The notes beneath the pieces were generated by a model that worked only from the letters and a program-made list of their open reading frames with translations, ran no database searches and was not told where the DNA came from. Below, in pieces: positions 29,303-32,000 of a stretch of DNA of 32,000 bases. A program made the position numbers and the translations under genes. Within the stretch, counting starts at the first letter, position 1; each line of letters starts with the position of its first letter. Source of the stretch: Acholeplasma laidlawii PG-8A (GTDB lineage Bacteria; Bacillota_I; Bacilli_A; Acholeplasmatales; Acholeplasmataceae); assembly GCF_000018785.1 (NCBI RefSeq), contig NC_010163.1, forward strand, positions 1,170,001-1,202,000, read 5' to 3'.

Positions 29303-30049
29303 ATGGTAAAAGCAATCCAAAGAATGGAAAAGTTAGCAGAAAAATTAAAAAGCTATAAAGATTGTCAATGTTTATTAGGATTAGGCAGTATGTCTCAGGT
29401 TAGACGTGCTGATAATTACTCGGATATGGATTTCTTCTTAATTGTAAAAGAAGGTTCTAAACAGTCATTTTTAGAGGATTTGAAATGGTTAAGTGTAAGA
29501 CCACTTGTTTACATCTTTAAGAATACTATGGATGGTTATAAAGTGTTATTTGATGATGGTGTATTTGCTGAATTTGCAGTATTTACAGAAAAAGAAATAG
29601 TTGATGCACACTTTACTAGAGGCATCGTCTACTATAAAACAAATGATTTTGATGTATCACTTGTTGCACCAAATAATATGCCAAAGAAGAAAGTAATTGA
29701 CAAAAATTACCACTTAAATGAAGCTCTAACAAATATTTATATTGGTTTAAATAGGTTACATCGAGGCGAGATTTCTAGTGCTACAACCTTTATTCAAAAC
29801 CATGCATTCGATAATATTTTACGCCTATTTGACAGTATTTTTAAGAAATTGGATGACTATTTTGACCCTTATGTCTATGAAAGACGCATTGAATTTAAAT
29901 ACACTGAAGCAGCAGATCTACTTCCTAAATTCAGACAAGGATATGATAAAAATAAGGAATCTGCGCATGAAATGTTGAAGTTTTTAGTTGAAAACTTTGA
30001 AATTAACCCTTATTTATTAGATAAAATCAATGAATTACTCCATATTTAG
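29303..30049 (+). CDS. Nucleotidyltransferase-fold protein, ANT(6)/AadK-like in architecture. The substrate is unknown.
   Basis: 248 aa. It has a Pol-beta-type NTase motif GLGSMSQVRRADNYSDMDFFLIV, a second acidic strand (LFDDGVFAEFAVF) and a helical C-terminal domain. A GAGGT RBS is present. Confidence 0.4.
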   Translation: MVKAIQRMEKLAEKLKSYKDCQCLLGLGSMSQVRRADNYSDMDFFLIVKEGSKQSFLEDLKWLSVRPLVYIFKNTMDGYKVLFDDGVFAEFAVFTEKEIVDAHFTRGIVYYKTNDFDVSLVAPNNMPKKKVIDKNYHLNEALTNIYIGLNRLHRGEISSATTFIQNHAFDNILRLFDSIFKKLDDYFDPYVYERRIEFKYTEAADLLPKFRQGYDKNKESAHEMLKFLVENFEINPYLLDKINELLHI

Positions 30050-30054
30050 ACAAA

Positions 30055-30086
30055 TAAAAAACTCACAGTTCATGTGAGTTTTAATT
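30055..30086 (+). terminator. Intrinsic terminator after the NTase gene.
   Basis: AAAAA-ACTCACA-gttca-TGTGAGT-TTTAATTT. Confidence 0.7.
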
Positions 30087-30097
30087 TATAAAAAAAG

Positions 30098-30174
30098 TGG
30101 CGCCCACTGCTGGACTCGAACCAGCGACCCCCTGATTAACAGTCAGGTGCTCTAACCAACTGAGCTAAGTAGGC
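30098..30174 (-). tRNA. tRNA-Asn (GUU).
   Basis: The minus strand reads GCCTACTTAGCTCAGTTGGTTAGAGCACCTGACTGTTAATCAGGGGGTCGCTGGTTCGAGTCCAGCAGTGGGCGCCA. Confidence 0.9.
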
Positions 30175-30234
30175 TTACAATTGATAATTCATGGGTGACA
30201 CTAAGCTACATATAAAATATTTAAGAAAGTAAAT

Positions 30235-30347
<113 letters not shown>

Positions 30348-30411
30348 ATAATGCTCTCAAAACTAGATAAATGATTTTCTCTGAAAAGAATGTGATGCGA
30401 ATCATCACGAA

Positions 30412-32000
<1,589 letters not shown>

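Overview
The window is low-GC (roughly 30%) DNA from a Firmicutes/Mollicutes-like organism. It uses the standard genetic code: long ORFs are uninterrupted by TGA and Trp is TGG. The gene content looks Acholeplasma-like (a ClpB without its N-domain behind a CIRCE operator, and small housekeeping operons), but that placement is an inference. The left 13 kb is one giant minus-strand gene that the ORF track misses because its stop lies beyond position 1. It encodes more than 4,360 aa: about 11 GLUG-motif modules followed by at least 9 Listeria-Bacteroides (Flg_new) repeats, so it looks like a surface adhesin. Its roughly 170-nt leader contains what I read as a GEMM-I (c-di-GMP-I) riboswitch aptamer followed by an intrinsic terminator. 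The RBS-proximal TTG start is 1 nt out of frame with the giant ORF across an A8 homopolymer. The gene also carries a 687-bp perfectly identical internal duplication. About 7.5 kb away is a membrane protein with a degenerate GGDEF domain and an intact EAL domain. It is apparently co-transcribed with two small SHOCT-tailed membrane proteins, and a third SHOCT protein is adjacent. The rest of the window holds an AraC/GyrI-like regulator flanked by about 90-130-nt direct repeats, tRNA-Cys, trhO, clpB, a Ppx/GppA-family gene, an AlkD-like gene, and copA-copZ with a CsoR-type operator. It continues with a tRNA cluster (Glu-Arg-Pro-Gly), a DJ-1/mtnN/udk operon, an ANT-like nucleotidyltransferase, tRNA-Asn, 5S rRNA and the 3' part of 23S rRNA. 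I found no CRISPR array, transposase or integrase.
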